Source: an uncultured Solirubrobacteraceae bacterium
GTDB lineage: Bacteria > Actinomycetota > Thermoleophilia > Solirubrobacterales > Solirubrobacteraceae
DNA length: 64,000 bases
Direction of reading: 5' to 3'
Assembly: GCA_963766105.1 (NCBI GenBank)
Contig: CAVXYO010000001.1
Coordinates: 10,619-74,618 of the forward strand
The translations under genes and the position numbers were made by a program. Shown in pieces: positions 27,665-37,304 of the stretch (position 1 is its first letter; every line of letters starts with the position of its first letter). The notes under the pieces were generated by a model. The model was given only the letters and a program-made list of their open reading frames with translations. It had not been told where the DNA came from and ran no database searches.

Positions 27665-30452
27665 ATGGGGACGAGGTTCCGCGCCGGCGCGCCTGCGTTG
27701 TGGGGGCGCGTGGCGGTGCTGGCGACCGCCTGTGTGCTGGCCAGCGGCGTCACGGCTTCGAGTGCCGCCGCAGAAGTCGCACCACAGCCATACGCGACCA
27801 ACGACGCCGGCGGCTTTCGCAATGTGCTGCCGGCCGGCGAGAACGGGCTGGACAACGCACAGCAGCTCGCCGAATTCCAGCTCAACGGCACCTACCCACC
27901 GCACTTCACCGACCAGCTCCCGCTGTACGCCAACCTGCTTCACGCCTCGCCGACATTGACGCACGAGCAGATCGGCGACTACTTCAAGGACGCCACGTTC
28001 GGCGTCAAGGAAGGCGACCTCGCTTCGACGCTGAGCCCGCGCGCCGACGTGACGATCGAGCGCGACAAGGGCTTTGGCATACCCCACGTCTACGGCAGCT
28101 CTCGCGCCGGCGTGATGTTCGGCGCGGGGTATGCCGGCGCGCAGGACCGCCTGTTCCTGATGGACGTGCTGCGGCACACGGCGAAAGCGGAACTGTCCTC
28201 CTTCGTCGGCGGCTCGGCGGGTAATCGCGCGATGGATCAGGTGCAGTGGACGATCGCGCCGTACACGCAGGCCGATCTGCAGTCCCAGCTGGACAACGCG
28301 CCGACGCTTTACGGCGCCAAAGGCACGCAGGTCGTCGAAGACGTGCGCGAATTCTGCGCCGGCATCAACGCCTACATCGCCGAAGCGCGGCTGGACCCGA
28401 ACAAGCTTCCGGCCGAGTACGCGGCGCTCGGCAAGCTGCCCGAAGAATGGCAGCCGACAGACGTGATCGCCGAGGCCTCGCTGATCGGCGGCATCTTCGG
28501 CAAGGGCGGCGGCGCGGAGGTGCGCTCGGCGCTCACGCTGGAGTCCTTCGAAGCGAAGTTCGGCAAGACGGCCGGACGCAAGGCGTGGAAGGACTTCCGC
28601 GAGCAGAACGACCCCGAGGCGCCGACCACGGTGTCCAAGTCGTTCCCCTACGAGACCGGCTCGCCCTTCGCCAAGAACGGCCTGGCGATGCCCGACCCAG
28701 GTTCGGTCAGCTTCGTCCAGGACGGCTCGTCGGCGGCTCCAGCGCCGAGCGGCGCGGCGGTCAGCGACACACCCGACCCGGTGGCGATCCCCAGCGACGG
28801 ATCGATCGGCGCGGGCTTCCTGCACGACGCGGTCGCCGGCCCGGCGCTGATGTCCAACTGGGAGCTCGTCAACGCCAAGCACTCGACCAACGGTCACGCG
28901 ATCGCGGTGATGGGCCCGCAGGTCGGCTACTACAACCCGCAGATCCTCATGGAGGAGGACCTGCACGGCCCGGGCATCGACGCACGCGGAGCCTCTTTCC
29001 CGGGGGTCAACCTGTACGTCGAGCTCGGCCACGGGCGCGACTACGCGTGGAGCGCGACGACCGCCACCGCGGACAACGTCGACACGTTCGCAGAGGTGCT
29101 CTGCCAGGACGAATTCCACTACCTGTACAAGGGCGAATGTCTGCCCATGGAAAAGCTGGAACGGACGAACACATGGACGCCTAACGGCTCTGACCAGACG
29201 CCGCCGGGCTCGGAAACGCTGACCGTTTACCGCACGGTTCACGGCATCGTCTACGCGCGCGGCACCGTCAAGGGCCGGCAGGTCGCCTTCGCAAGCGCGC
29301 GCAGCACGTACTTCCACGAGGCCGACTCGGCGATCGGCTTCTCCGAGTTCAACGAACCGGGCTTCGTCACGAGCCCGCAGCAGTTCCAGCGTGGCCGCGT
29401 CGAACGTCAACTTCGGTTTCAACTGGTCCTACGTCGACGCCAACCACATCGCCTACTACCTCTCCGGCTGGTACCCGCAGCGAGCTGCCAAGACCTCGCC
29501 CGACTTCCCGGTCCTCGGCACCGGCGAATACGACTGGCAGGGCTTTGAACCGAAATTGCACATCAGCGAACGCATCCCCTTCGAAGCGCACCCCAACGCG
29601 CTGGACCCCACGTTCCTCGTCTCGTGGAACAACAAGCAGGCACCGCGCTTCTCCGCCGCCGACGACAAGTACTCCTTCGGCTCGGTCTACCGCATGCAGC
29701 TGATCCGCAACTTCATCGAAGCGGATCTGGCGGGGGGCAGGAAGATGGAACCCGCCCAGCTCGTGAGCGCGATGGACGAGGCCGCCACGCAGGACATCCG
29801 CAGCGTTCAGCTGTGGCCGATCCTCAAGCAGGCGCTCGGCAGCCCGAGCGATCCGCAGTTGCAGGACGCGATCGCCAAGCTCGACGCGTGGTACGCCGAC
29901 GGCGGCCACCGCCGCGACCTGAACAACACGAGCATCTCCAGCCCCGGCACCTACCAGCACAACGAAGCGATCACGATCATGGACGCGTGGTGGCCGAAAC
30001 TGCTCGAAGCGGAGTTCCGCCCGGCGCTCGGCGAAGCGGCTTTCGGCGAACTGCACGGCATGCTCGAATTCGGCCAGCCCAACCCGGGCGGGGAACCGAC
30101 CGCCCCCGATTTCGCCGACGGCTGGTACGGCTACGTCAGCAAGGACCTGCGCGACCTGCTGTCGGCAAACGGCGAAGGCTCCAAGCCCAGAGGTGCCTAC
30201 TCGCAGACCTACTGCGGCAACGGCTCGCTGCAAGCCTGCCGCCAGGCGCTGCAGAGCTCGCTGGCGCAAGCGCTCAGCGTCACGCCACAGCAGATCTACG
30301 GACACGGCGAATGCGCCGAAAACCCCCAGGCCAGCTGCTTTGACATGAACCGCTTCGTCAGCGCCAGTGGCATCTCGCTGCCGCCCTTCCCCTTCCAGAA
30401 CCGCCCGACCTTCCAGCAGGTCGTGGAACTGACGACGACGGTCGCCCACTGA
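27665..30452 (+). CDS. Penicillin acylase family (peptidase S45, Ntn hydrolase), secreted; apparent +1 frameshift at ~29393
   Basis: Signal peptide, GIPHVYG, FGAGYAGAQDRLFLMD, beta-chain start SNWELV...GPQVG. Continues in a second frame as FNWSYVD..HIAY..SG.YP.R and WNNK. Deleting one G restores QRAASNVNF. Confidence 0.88.
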
Positions 30453-33400
30453 TGCGTCGCTTGGCCGGCCGATTCCTCGTCCCGGCGCTGCTGGTCATCG
30501 CCTTCGCGACGCTCCCCGGCCAGGCGCAAGCGGCCTTCCCCTACTACGGAACGGGCAGCCCGGGCGAACCGGCGAGCTGGCGGCTCGCGCCGGGAGAAGT
30601 CCCCAGCAACCTCAACGGCCTGGGGTGGAAGTTCGCTGCGACGCCGGCGACGCCGTCGGCGACCAACCCCGCCGAAGCGCTGCTGACGCAGAAGAACAAC
30701 TCACAGACCGACGAGCTGTGCGGCGTGACCGGAATGAGCCTCGTCGACGCGCGCGCGACGATGCCGGCGGGCACCGGATCGTGCATCGCCGCCGGCACGC
30801 CGACGCACACGGCGTTCACCCTGAGCGTCGGGCGCCCCGACGTGTCGATCGGCGAGCTCGACTCGGGCATCGAGTGGAACAACGCCGGCGACATGTCCAG
30901 CCTGCGCGCGAAGGTGATGCTCAACGTCGGCGAGCTGCCTGCGCCGCGGACCGATCTGAGTTCGACGTTCGACCCCTCCACGCATGCCAATTGCGCCACC
31001 GCGCGTGCAGCGACCGGTGGCGACTACGACGTGCACGGTGCGATGCCCGGTGGCAAACCCGGCGGGACCGGGCCGATCCCCTACGACGTGCTCGAACAGG
31101 GCGTGTTCAACGTGCTCGACTACGCGTGCGACTCGCGCGTGGCCAACGTCGTCGAGAACTACCCGAAGTGCACAAACCCGCCGACGACGCGCGATTGCCG
31201 CAACGGGCCGGCGGGGATGCTCACGCCCGAGGATCTGATCATCGCCTTCTCCGACGGGGTGGACCACGACGGCAACGGCTACGTCAACGACATCGCCGGC
31301 TGGAACTTCGTCGACAACGACAACGATGCCTACGACGAGGTGCAGTACGGCCACGGCACCGGCGAGGACGAGGACTCCACGGCCGAAGCGAACAACAGCG
31401 CCGGCGACACCGGCACGTGCCCCAACTGCGAGGTGCTGCCGCTGCGCGTCGGCGAGTCCTTCGTCGCCGAGGCAAACCGCTTCGGCGAGGCGACGATCTA
31501 CGCGACAGACCGCGGCGTGGACATCGTGCAGGAGGCGCTCGGCTCGCTCAACGACCCCGTTTTCGCGCGCGAAGCGATCGACTACGCCTACGACCACGGC
31601 GTCGCCGTGATCGCCTCGGCGGCAGACGAGGCGGCAGAGCACCACAACCAGCCCGGCGCGCTGCCGCATACGATCGTCGTCAACGCCGTCGAAGGCCCCG
31701 CGAGCCTCGGCGGCGTGCCCGTGACGAACGTCCCGCCGTCCTATTTGCAGCTCGACGGCTGCACGAACTTCGGCACGCGCATCGACGTATCGGTGCCGGC
31801 CACGTCGTGCTCCTCGGAGGCGACGGGCAAGAGCTCGGGCGTCGTCGGGCTGATCTACAGCGCCGCGCTGAACGCCTGCGGCGCGGGGCTGTACGGCGAA
31901 TGCTCCGGCGGCTCGCAGGCCAAGCTCAAACCCGCCAAGAACTGCACGCGCGTCGATGGCTCGCCGTGCCCGATCACCGCCGACGAGGTGCGCCAGCTGA
32001 TGGCCTCGGGCAACATCGAAGGCACCGCCGTCGACGGCTCCTCGACGCTGGGGAGCAATCCGCCGAGCGCCGGCAAAGCGCCCGCCGACCGCGGCGAAGG
32101 CGGCCAGGCCGACGACGTCGACACGGCCGCCGCGCCGGAAAGCGCGTGCAGCGTGGGCATGGCGCCGACGTGCACCGACCCCAACCTCAACTCGACGTTC
32201 GCCGCCGACGAGAACGGCGGCACGATCGGGCCGCTGCCCGATACCTCGCGCTACCCGTCGCGCAAGGGCTGGGACGAGTTCTTCGGCTACGGGCGCCTGG
32301 ACGCCTACAAGTCGGTCGACGCCGCGGCGGAAGGGTGGATCCCGCCCGAAGCGGACATCACCTCGCCCGAATGGTTCCAGCAAATGGACCCAGGACAGGA
32401 ATCTTTCGCGCTCGACGGCTCGGTCGACGCGCGCACCAAATACACCTGCCGCGTGGAAGCGGCGCCCGGCGCGCAGCCCAACAACGCACCGACGTCCTCC
32501 AGCGGCGACTTCGCCGCCGTCCCGTCGAGCTACTGCGACGGCGCGACCGTGCACGCCAAAGCATTCAGCGGGCTGCTCGCGACCGTGAGCACGGCGACGC
32601 TCGCGGCGATGTTCCCCAAAGGCGCCCCGACGTCGTTCACCGGCAACGAGAACGGCGGCACCGCGCAGAGCTCCAACGGCCGCCCCAACACGCTGCCCTA
32701 CGCGTTCACCGTGCGCGTCGTCGTGACCACCGCCCCGGGCGTGCCGGGCCCGGCGATGACCGGCCAGGACCGCCGCCAGCTGTTCCTGCACCGCGACGCG
32801 GACATGCTCAAAGGCTTTCCGCTGGAGATGAAAGGCGACGGCGACGCCAGCCCGGTGCTCGCCGACCTCGCCGGCGAAGACGCCAATCAGCTGATCGTCG
32901 CCAACTCGGACGGCTGGATCCACGCCTACCGGTACGGCCCCGCCGGCGGGACGCTCGAAGACCTTCCAGGCTGGCCCGTGCACACCGACGCGCTGCCGCT
33001 GCACGGCGGCGAGCACGCCTTCAGCGGCGGCGGGCTGACGACTGCGCACTACGACCCGGTGATCGAGGCTCCCGCGGTCGGCGACCTCTCCGGCGACGGC
33101 GAACTGGACGTCGTCGCCGACGATGTGCAGGGCAACGTCTACGCGTGGAACGCCAAGGGCGAACGGATCTTCCACGAGACGTCGGACCCGGCCTACTCCG
33201 GCGCGCCGCTGCCGGGCGACCCTGCCTGGGAGGCGCAACGCGCCGGCGTGCGCGAGCGCACGGAGGCCGGCTTCGTCACCTCGCCGGTGCTCGCCGACCT
33301 GGAACCGCAGAACGGCTCCGGCCTGGACATCGTCGCCGCAGGCGAGGATCGCCACGTCTACGCCTGGCACCCCCACGGCGAAGCCGTCAAAGGCTTCCCC

Positions 33401-35608
33401 GTGCTCGTCGAGGATCCCGGCAAGGTCGCGTCCGTCGATCCCACCAGCAACCAGCCGACGTTCAATGCCAACGTCCCTGCCAACCAAGACAAATCCGAAG
33501 ACCAGGGCAAGATCGTCGACACGCCCGCGATCGCCCAGCTCGACGGGCCGGGCAGGCCGCCGAGCATCATCGTCGGAACCAACGAGGAGTACCTCGCCAA
33601 CACCGGCAACGAAGGCGAACTCAATGCCAGCGGCGTCAACACCGCGTCGCTCGGCGTGGTCGGCGCGTCGGGACTGCTCAGCTTCGCCAACGGCCGCGTG
33701 TACGCGATCGACGCAAACGGCTGCTCGGCCGATCCGTCCTCGTGCGCGACCGGAGGCCTGAAATGCGCCGGCTCGAAATGCAGCTCGAGCGCCTTCCGCG
33801 AAGGCTGGCCGGCGAAGATCGGGATCATCGACGCGGGCCTGCTGCCGGACGTAGGCGAGGGCATCAACGGCTCGCCGGTGGTCGCCCCCGTGCTCTGCTC
33901 CGAAGGCGGCGAAGGGCTGAAGGTCGGCGTCACGCCCGACGCAGGGCCCGGCTACGTGCTCAACGCCGATGGCACGTCCTGCTACGGCTCGGCCAACGGG
34001 CAGGACAACGCGCTGCAGACCGACGCCAGCGCGAGCACGAGCAAAACCGACACGCCCACGTTCCCGACCGTCGGCGAGCCGGCATTCGGCACGCTCGACG
34101 GGACGACGACGAGCATGTTCGCCCCGACCGCAGGATTGCTGCGCGCGCTGGACGTCGTCGCGCCGGACTACCAGAAGGGCAGCCAGGACTTCATCGCCGG
34201 CTGGAACGCCAACTCCGGGCAGTTCTCGCCGGGCTTCCCGGCGGTCGACAACGACCTGTCGTTCATCACCGGCGAGACGGTTGGCGACGTGACCGGCGAA
34301 GCGCCCAAACAGGAGGTCGTCGCGGGAACCGCGTCGCAGGACCTGCAGGCCTACAACAGCGCGGGGGCGCCCGCCAGTGGCGCATGGCCGAAGCTCACCG
34401 GCGGCTGGACGGTCGCCACGCCGACGCTCGGCTCGCTGGGCACGATCGACACCGCGTCGAGTGCCAAGAAGGACGTCGTGTCGATCACGCGCGAAGGGAC
34501 CGTCTCGGTGTACACGACCCCGGCGGCGGCCTGCTCGCCGAGCTCATGGCCGAACTTCCACCATGACATCGCCAACTCGGGCGACTACACGCGCGACGCC
34601 GTGCCGCCCGGCAAGCCGCTGAACACGAGCGTCTCCGAAAACACGCTGCACTTCACAGCGCCGGGCGACGACCTGCTGTGCGGCAAAGCGACGCGCTATG
34701 AAATCGTCACCGCCGAAAGCCCCGTCACCGCCGAGAGCTTCGCGAGCGCGACGCCGCTGTCCGGCGCGCCCGAACCGGCTGCGGCGGGCACCGCTCAGAC
34801 CTACGCGCTGCCGGCCGGCGTCGAGACCTACGTGGCGATCCGCGCGGTCGACGACCAGGGCAACGTCGGCCTGCCCGCCTCGGCGGAATACAACCCCGGC
34901 GCGCCGCTGCCCGCGCTCGGGCGCTGCGTGAAGGCGGCTGTGAAGAAAACGGGCGAATGGCGCGGCGCGCACTGCGTCGGCTTCGCGCACGGCAAAGGCG
35001 CCGACAACTTCCTGCCTGGGCCGGGCGCCGCCAACAAGTTCACCGGGCATCTCGGCGCCGTCACGCTGGAAACGGTCGGCCAGGCGAAGATCGCGTGCAG
35101 CTCGGGCTCGGCGCAGGGCGAATACACGGGCTCGAAGACGCTCGCGGCCACGATCACGCTGGCGGGCTGCGAACGCCCGAGCACCCACGAGCCCTGCCAA
35201 AGCGTCGGCGGAGCCTCCGGGCAGATCGCCACGAACGCGCTGGAAGGCGAATACGGCTTCATCTCGAGCGCCAGGAAGCTCTCGGTCGGCCTGGACCTCA
35301 GGCACGAACCGGCGCTCGCGACCTTCGAATGCACGACGGCGGCGCTGCCCGGCAAAGAACTCGTCAACCTCGAAGGATCGGTGATCGGCTCGATCAAGAA
35401 GTTCGACTCGATGGTCTCGGCCTTCACGGTCACGTACAAGGCGACGGCGGGCAAGCAGCTTCCCGAAGCGTTCGAAGGCGCCGCCAAAGACACGCTCGTC
35501 ACCTCGGTCGTCGGCGGCAGCGCCGAACAGACGGGCCTCACCGCCACGCTCACGCTGACCAACGAAGAACGCTTGGAGATCAAAGCCAAGACGCGGGGCG
35601 GCAAATAG
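30452..35608 (+). CDS. Large secreted subtilase-family (S8-like) protein with FG-GAP repeats, Fn3-like domain and extra C-terminal beta domain (paralog 2)
   Basis: Signal peptide, ELDSG, GHGTG, CSSEATG, DHDGNGYVNDIAGWNF, repeated ADL.GDG.LDVV and GWPV/GFPV. ATG overlaps the acylase stop. Confidence 0.85.
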   Translation: MRRLAGRFLVPALLVIAFATLPGQAQAAFPYYGTGSPGEPASWRLAPGEVPSNLNGLGWKFAATPATPSATNPAEALLTQKNNSQTDELCGVTGMSLVDARATMPAGTGSCIAAGTPTHTAFTLSVGRPDVSIGELDSGIEWNNAGDMSSLRAKVMLNVGELPAPRTDLSSTFDPSTHANCATARAATGGDYDVHGAMPGGKPGGTGPIPYDVLEQGVFNVLDYACDSRVANVVENYPKCTNPPTTRDCRNGPAGMLTPEDLIIAFSDGVDHDGNGYVNDIAGWNFVDNDNDAYDEVQYGHGTGEDEDSTAEANNSAGDTGTCPNCEVLPLRVGESFVAEANRFGEATIYATDRGVDIVQEALGSLNDPVFAREAIDYAYDHGVAVIASAADEAAEHHNQPGALPHTIVVNAVEGPASLGGVPVTNVPPSYLQLDGCTNFGTRIDVSVPATSCSSEATGKSSGVVGLIYSAALNACGAGLYGECSGGSQAKLKPAKNCTRVDGSPCPITADEVRQLMASGNIEGTAVDGSSTLGSNPPSAGKAPADRGEGGQADDVDTAAAPESACSVGMAPTCTDPNLNSTFAADENGGTIGPLPDTSRYPSRKGWDEFFGYGRLDAYKSVDAAAEGWIPPEADITSPEWFQQMDPGQESFALDGSVDARTKYTCRVEAAPGAQPNNAPTSSSGDFAAVPSSYCDGATVHAKAFSGLLATVSTATLAAMFPKGAPTSFTGNENGGTAQSSNGRPNTLPYAFTVRVVVTTAPGVPGPAMTGQDRRQLFLHRDADMLKGFPLEMKGDGDASPVLADLAGEDANQLIVANSDGWIHAYRYGPAGGTLEDLPGWPVHTDALPLHGGEHAFSGGGLTTAHYDPVIEAPAVGDLSGDGELDVVADDVQGNVYAWNAKGERIFHETSDPAYSGAPLPGDPAWEAQRAGVRERTEAGFVTSPVLADLEPQNGSGLDIVAAGEDRHVYAWHPHGEAVKGFPVLVEDPGKVASVDPTSNQPTFNANVPANQDKSEDQGKIVDTPAIAQLDGPGRPPSIIVGTNEEYLANTGNEGELNASGVNTASLGVVGASGLLSFANGRVYAIDANGCSADPSSCATGGLKCAGSKCSSSAFREGWPAKIGIIDAGLLPDVGEGINGSPVVAPVLCSEGGEGLKVGVTPDAGPGYVLNADGTSCYGSANGQDNALQTDASASTSKTDTPTFPTVGEPAFGTLDGTTTSMFAPTAGLLRALDVVAPDYQKGSQDFIAGWNANSGQFSPGFPAVDNDLSFITGETVGDVTGEAPKQEVVAGTASQDLQAYNSAGAPASGAWPKLTGGWTVATPTLGSLGTIDTASSAKKDVVSITREGTVSVYTTPAAACSPSSWPNFHHDIANSGDYTRDAVPPGKPLNTSVSENTLHFTAPGDDLLCGKATRYEIVTAESPVTAESFASATPLSGAPEPAAAGTAQTYALPAGVETYVAIRAVDDQGNVGLPASAEYNPGAPLPALGRCVKAAVKKTGEWRGAHCVGFAHGKGADNFLPGPGAANKFTGHLGAVTLETVGQAKIACSSGSAQGEYTGSKTLAATITLAGCERPSTHEPCQSVGGASGQIATNALEGEYGFISSARKLSVGLDLRHEPALATFECTTAALPGKELVNLEGSVIGSIKKFDSMVSAFTVTYKATAGKQLPEAFEGAAKDTLVTSVVGGSAEQTGLTATLTLTNEERLEIKAKTRGGK

Positions 35609-35658
35609 CGCCAGGCGCTCGCGTCCGAGCGCACGCCGCTGAAGGCTAAGGTGCCGCC

Positions 35659-36096
35659 ATGGAGTCGCCGGTCAGCCTGCCGGTCGCGCGCGAGATCTCC
35701 CTCGAGCAGACGCGCGAGCTGCGCCGGTCGATCCTGCGCCCGCACGAGTCGCTCGAGGAGATGGCCGCCGGCGAGGCCGACGGCGCCTACGCCGCCGGCG
35801 TGTTCGACGGTGCGAAGCTGATCGCGGTCGGCCTGATCGCGCCGAGTCCCGAGCGCGGCGGATGGCGCGTGCGCGGGATGGCGACGGCTGCCGATGCGCG
35901 CAGCCGCGGCGCGGGCGGCGCCGTGCTGCAGGAGCTGCTGGCCCACGCACGTGCACGCGGAGCGTCGCGCGTGTGGTGCAACGCGCGCACGCCCGCGCGG
36001 CGCTTCTACGAGCGCGCCGGGTTCGGCGTCTGCTCGGAGGTGTTCGAGATCGCGCCGATCGGCCCGCACGTCGTGATGGAACGCGCGCTGGCCTGA
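35659..36096 (+). CDS. GNAT family N-acetyltransferase
   Basis: WRVRGMAT....RSRGAG, VWCNAR..A..FYERAGF. Leaderless -10 TAAGGT 6 nt upstream. Confidence 0.9.
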   Translation: MESPVSLPVAREISLEQTRELRRSILRPHESLEEMAAGEADGAYAAGVFDGAKLIAVGLIAPSPERGGWRVRGMATAADARSRGAGGAVLQELLAHARARGASRVWCNARTPARRFYERAGFGVCSEVFEIAPIGPHVVMERALA

Positions 36097-36107
36097 ACGG
36101 GCGAGAC

Positions 36108-36134
36108 TCAACCCTCCCGCTGTGCAGCCGATAA
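36108..36134 (+). promoter_or_regulatory. Sigma-28 (FliA/WhiG/SigD-type) promoter
   Basis: TCAA(36108-36111)-N15-GCCGATAA(36127-36134), against consensus TAAA-N15-GCCGATAA. ATG follows 6 nt later. Confidence 0.75.
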
Positions 36135-36140
36135 GCGAAC

Positions 36141-37304
36141 ATGGCTCCGCAGCGAGGATCTTTCGATGCCCGGGACGCCCCGACGAGGCGCGTGGCCGGG
36201 CTGCTCTATCTGATCGGGTGCGTGACGACGGTCGTCGCGATCGTGCTGCCCCACTCGCCGCAGGCGGATCTGACTGCGTTCGCGCTGCTCGCGGTCGCAA
36301 TGGCGGCAGTCGCGGCGCTGCTGCTCGCCTATCCGCGAGCGCTGCCGCAGAGGACCTGCGAGGCGGTGATGTTCCTCGGCACGGCGATCGTCTCGCTGAC
36401 GCTGTACTTCAACGGCGAGCGCCACGGAGGCCCGTCGGCCGACAACGAGGTGCTGTATCTGTGGATCGCGCTGTACGCCGGCTACTTCTTCACGCGCGCG
36501 CAGATGATCTGCCAGCTGTTCGTGCTCGCGGCGTGCTACGCGGGCGCTCTCGTCGCCATCGCTCCCGGGCAGGTGGGCTTCACGCGCTGGCTGATAACGG
36601 TCGGCATGGTCTCCACGGCCGCCGGCGTCGTGCACGTTCTCAAGCTGCACAACGAGCGCCTCGTGGCGAGGCTGTCGGCGGCCGTGCGAACGGACTCGCT
36701 GACCGGGCTGATCAATCGCCTGGGCTTCGACGAATCGCTGACGCGCGAGCTGGCGCACGCGGGCAGGACGGGCCGTCCGCTGGCGCTGATCATCGCCGAC
36801 ATCGACGACTTCAAGGGGCTCAACGACGAGCTCGGTCATCCGGCCGGCGACGCTGCGCTGAGGGCATTCGGCACGACGGCGACCGCCGTCGCGCGAGCGA
36901 CCGACACGATGTCGCGGATCGGCGGCGACGAGTTCGCGGCGATCCTTCCCGAAACAGATGCCGGCGGCGCATTCGAGTTCGCCGAGCGATTGCGCCTTGC
37001 GATCGGCGACCTGGAGGCGGAGCTCGGCTTGCGGCTGACGATGAGCGTCGGCGTGGTCGCGGCGCAGCTTCCCGGCGCCACGCCGGAGGCGCTGATCCGA
37101 GCGGCGGATCGCGCGCTCTACGAGGCCAAGCGCCTGGGACGCGACCAGAGCGTGCTCGTCGACGGCGACACGCAGCAGCCGGCACCGCAGCTTCCGCGTT
37201 CCGGCGCGCCACGCGCGCCGCGCGCAGGGCAAGCGCCCGCGCCGCGAGTCCTTCACGACGCGATCGGCGAGAGGTTCGCGGGGTCGCGCGGCGGGCGGCG
37301 ATAG
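36141..37304 (+). CDS. Membrane-bound diguanylate cyclase (GGDEF)
   Basis: About 5-6 N-terminal TMs, TDSLTGLINR, DIDDFKGLNDELGHPAGD, RATD I-site, RIGGDEF, ADRALYEAK..GR. Confidence 0.93.
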   Translation: MAPQRGSFDARDAPTRRVAGLLYLIGCVTTVVAIVLPHSPQADLTAFALLAVAMAAVAALLLAYPRALPQRTCEAVMFLGTAIVSLTLYFNGERHGGPSADNEVLYLWIALYAGYFFTRAQMICQLFVLAACYAGALVAIAPGQVGFTRWLITVGMVSTAAGVVHVLKLHNERLVARLSAAVRTDSLTGLINRLGFDESLTRELAHAGRTGRPLALIIADIDDFKGLNDELGHPAGDAALRAFGTTATAVARATDTMSRIGGDEFAAILPETDAGGAFEFAERLRLAIGDLEAELGLRLTMSVGVVAAQLPGATPEALIRAADRALYEAKRLGRDQSVLVDGDTQQPAPQLPRSGAPRAPRAGQAPAPRVLHDAIGERFAGSRGGRR

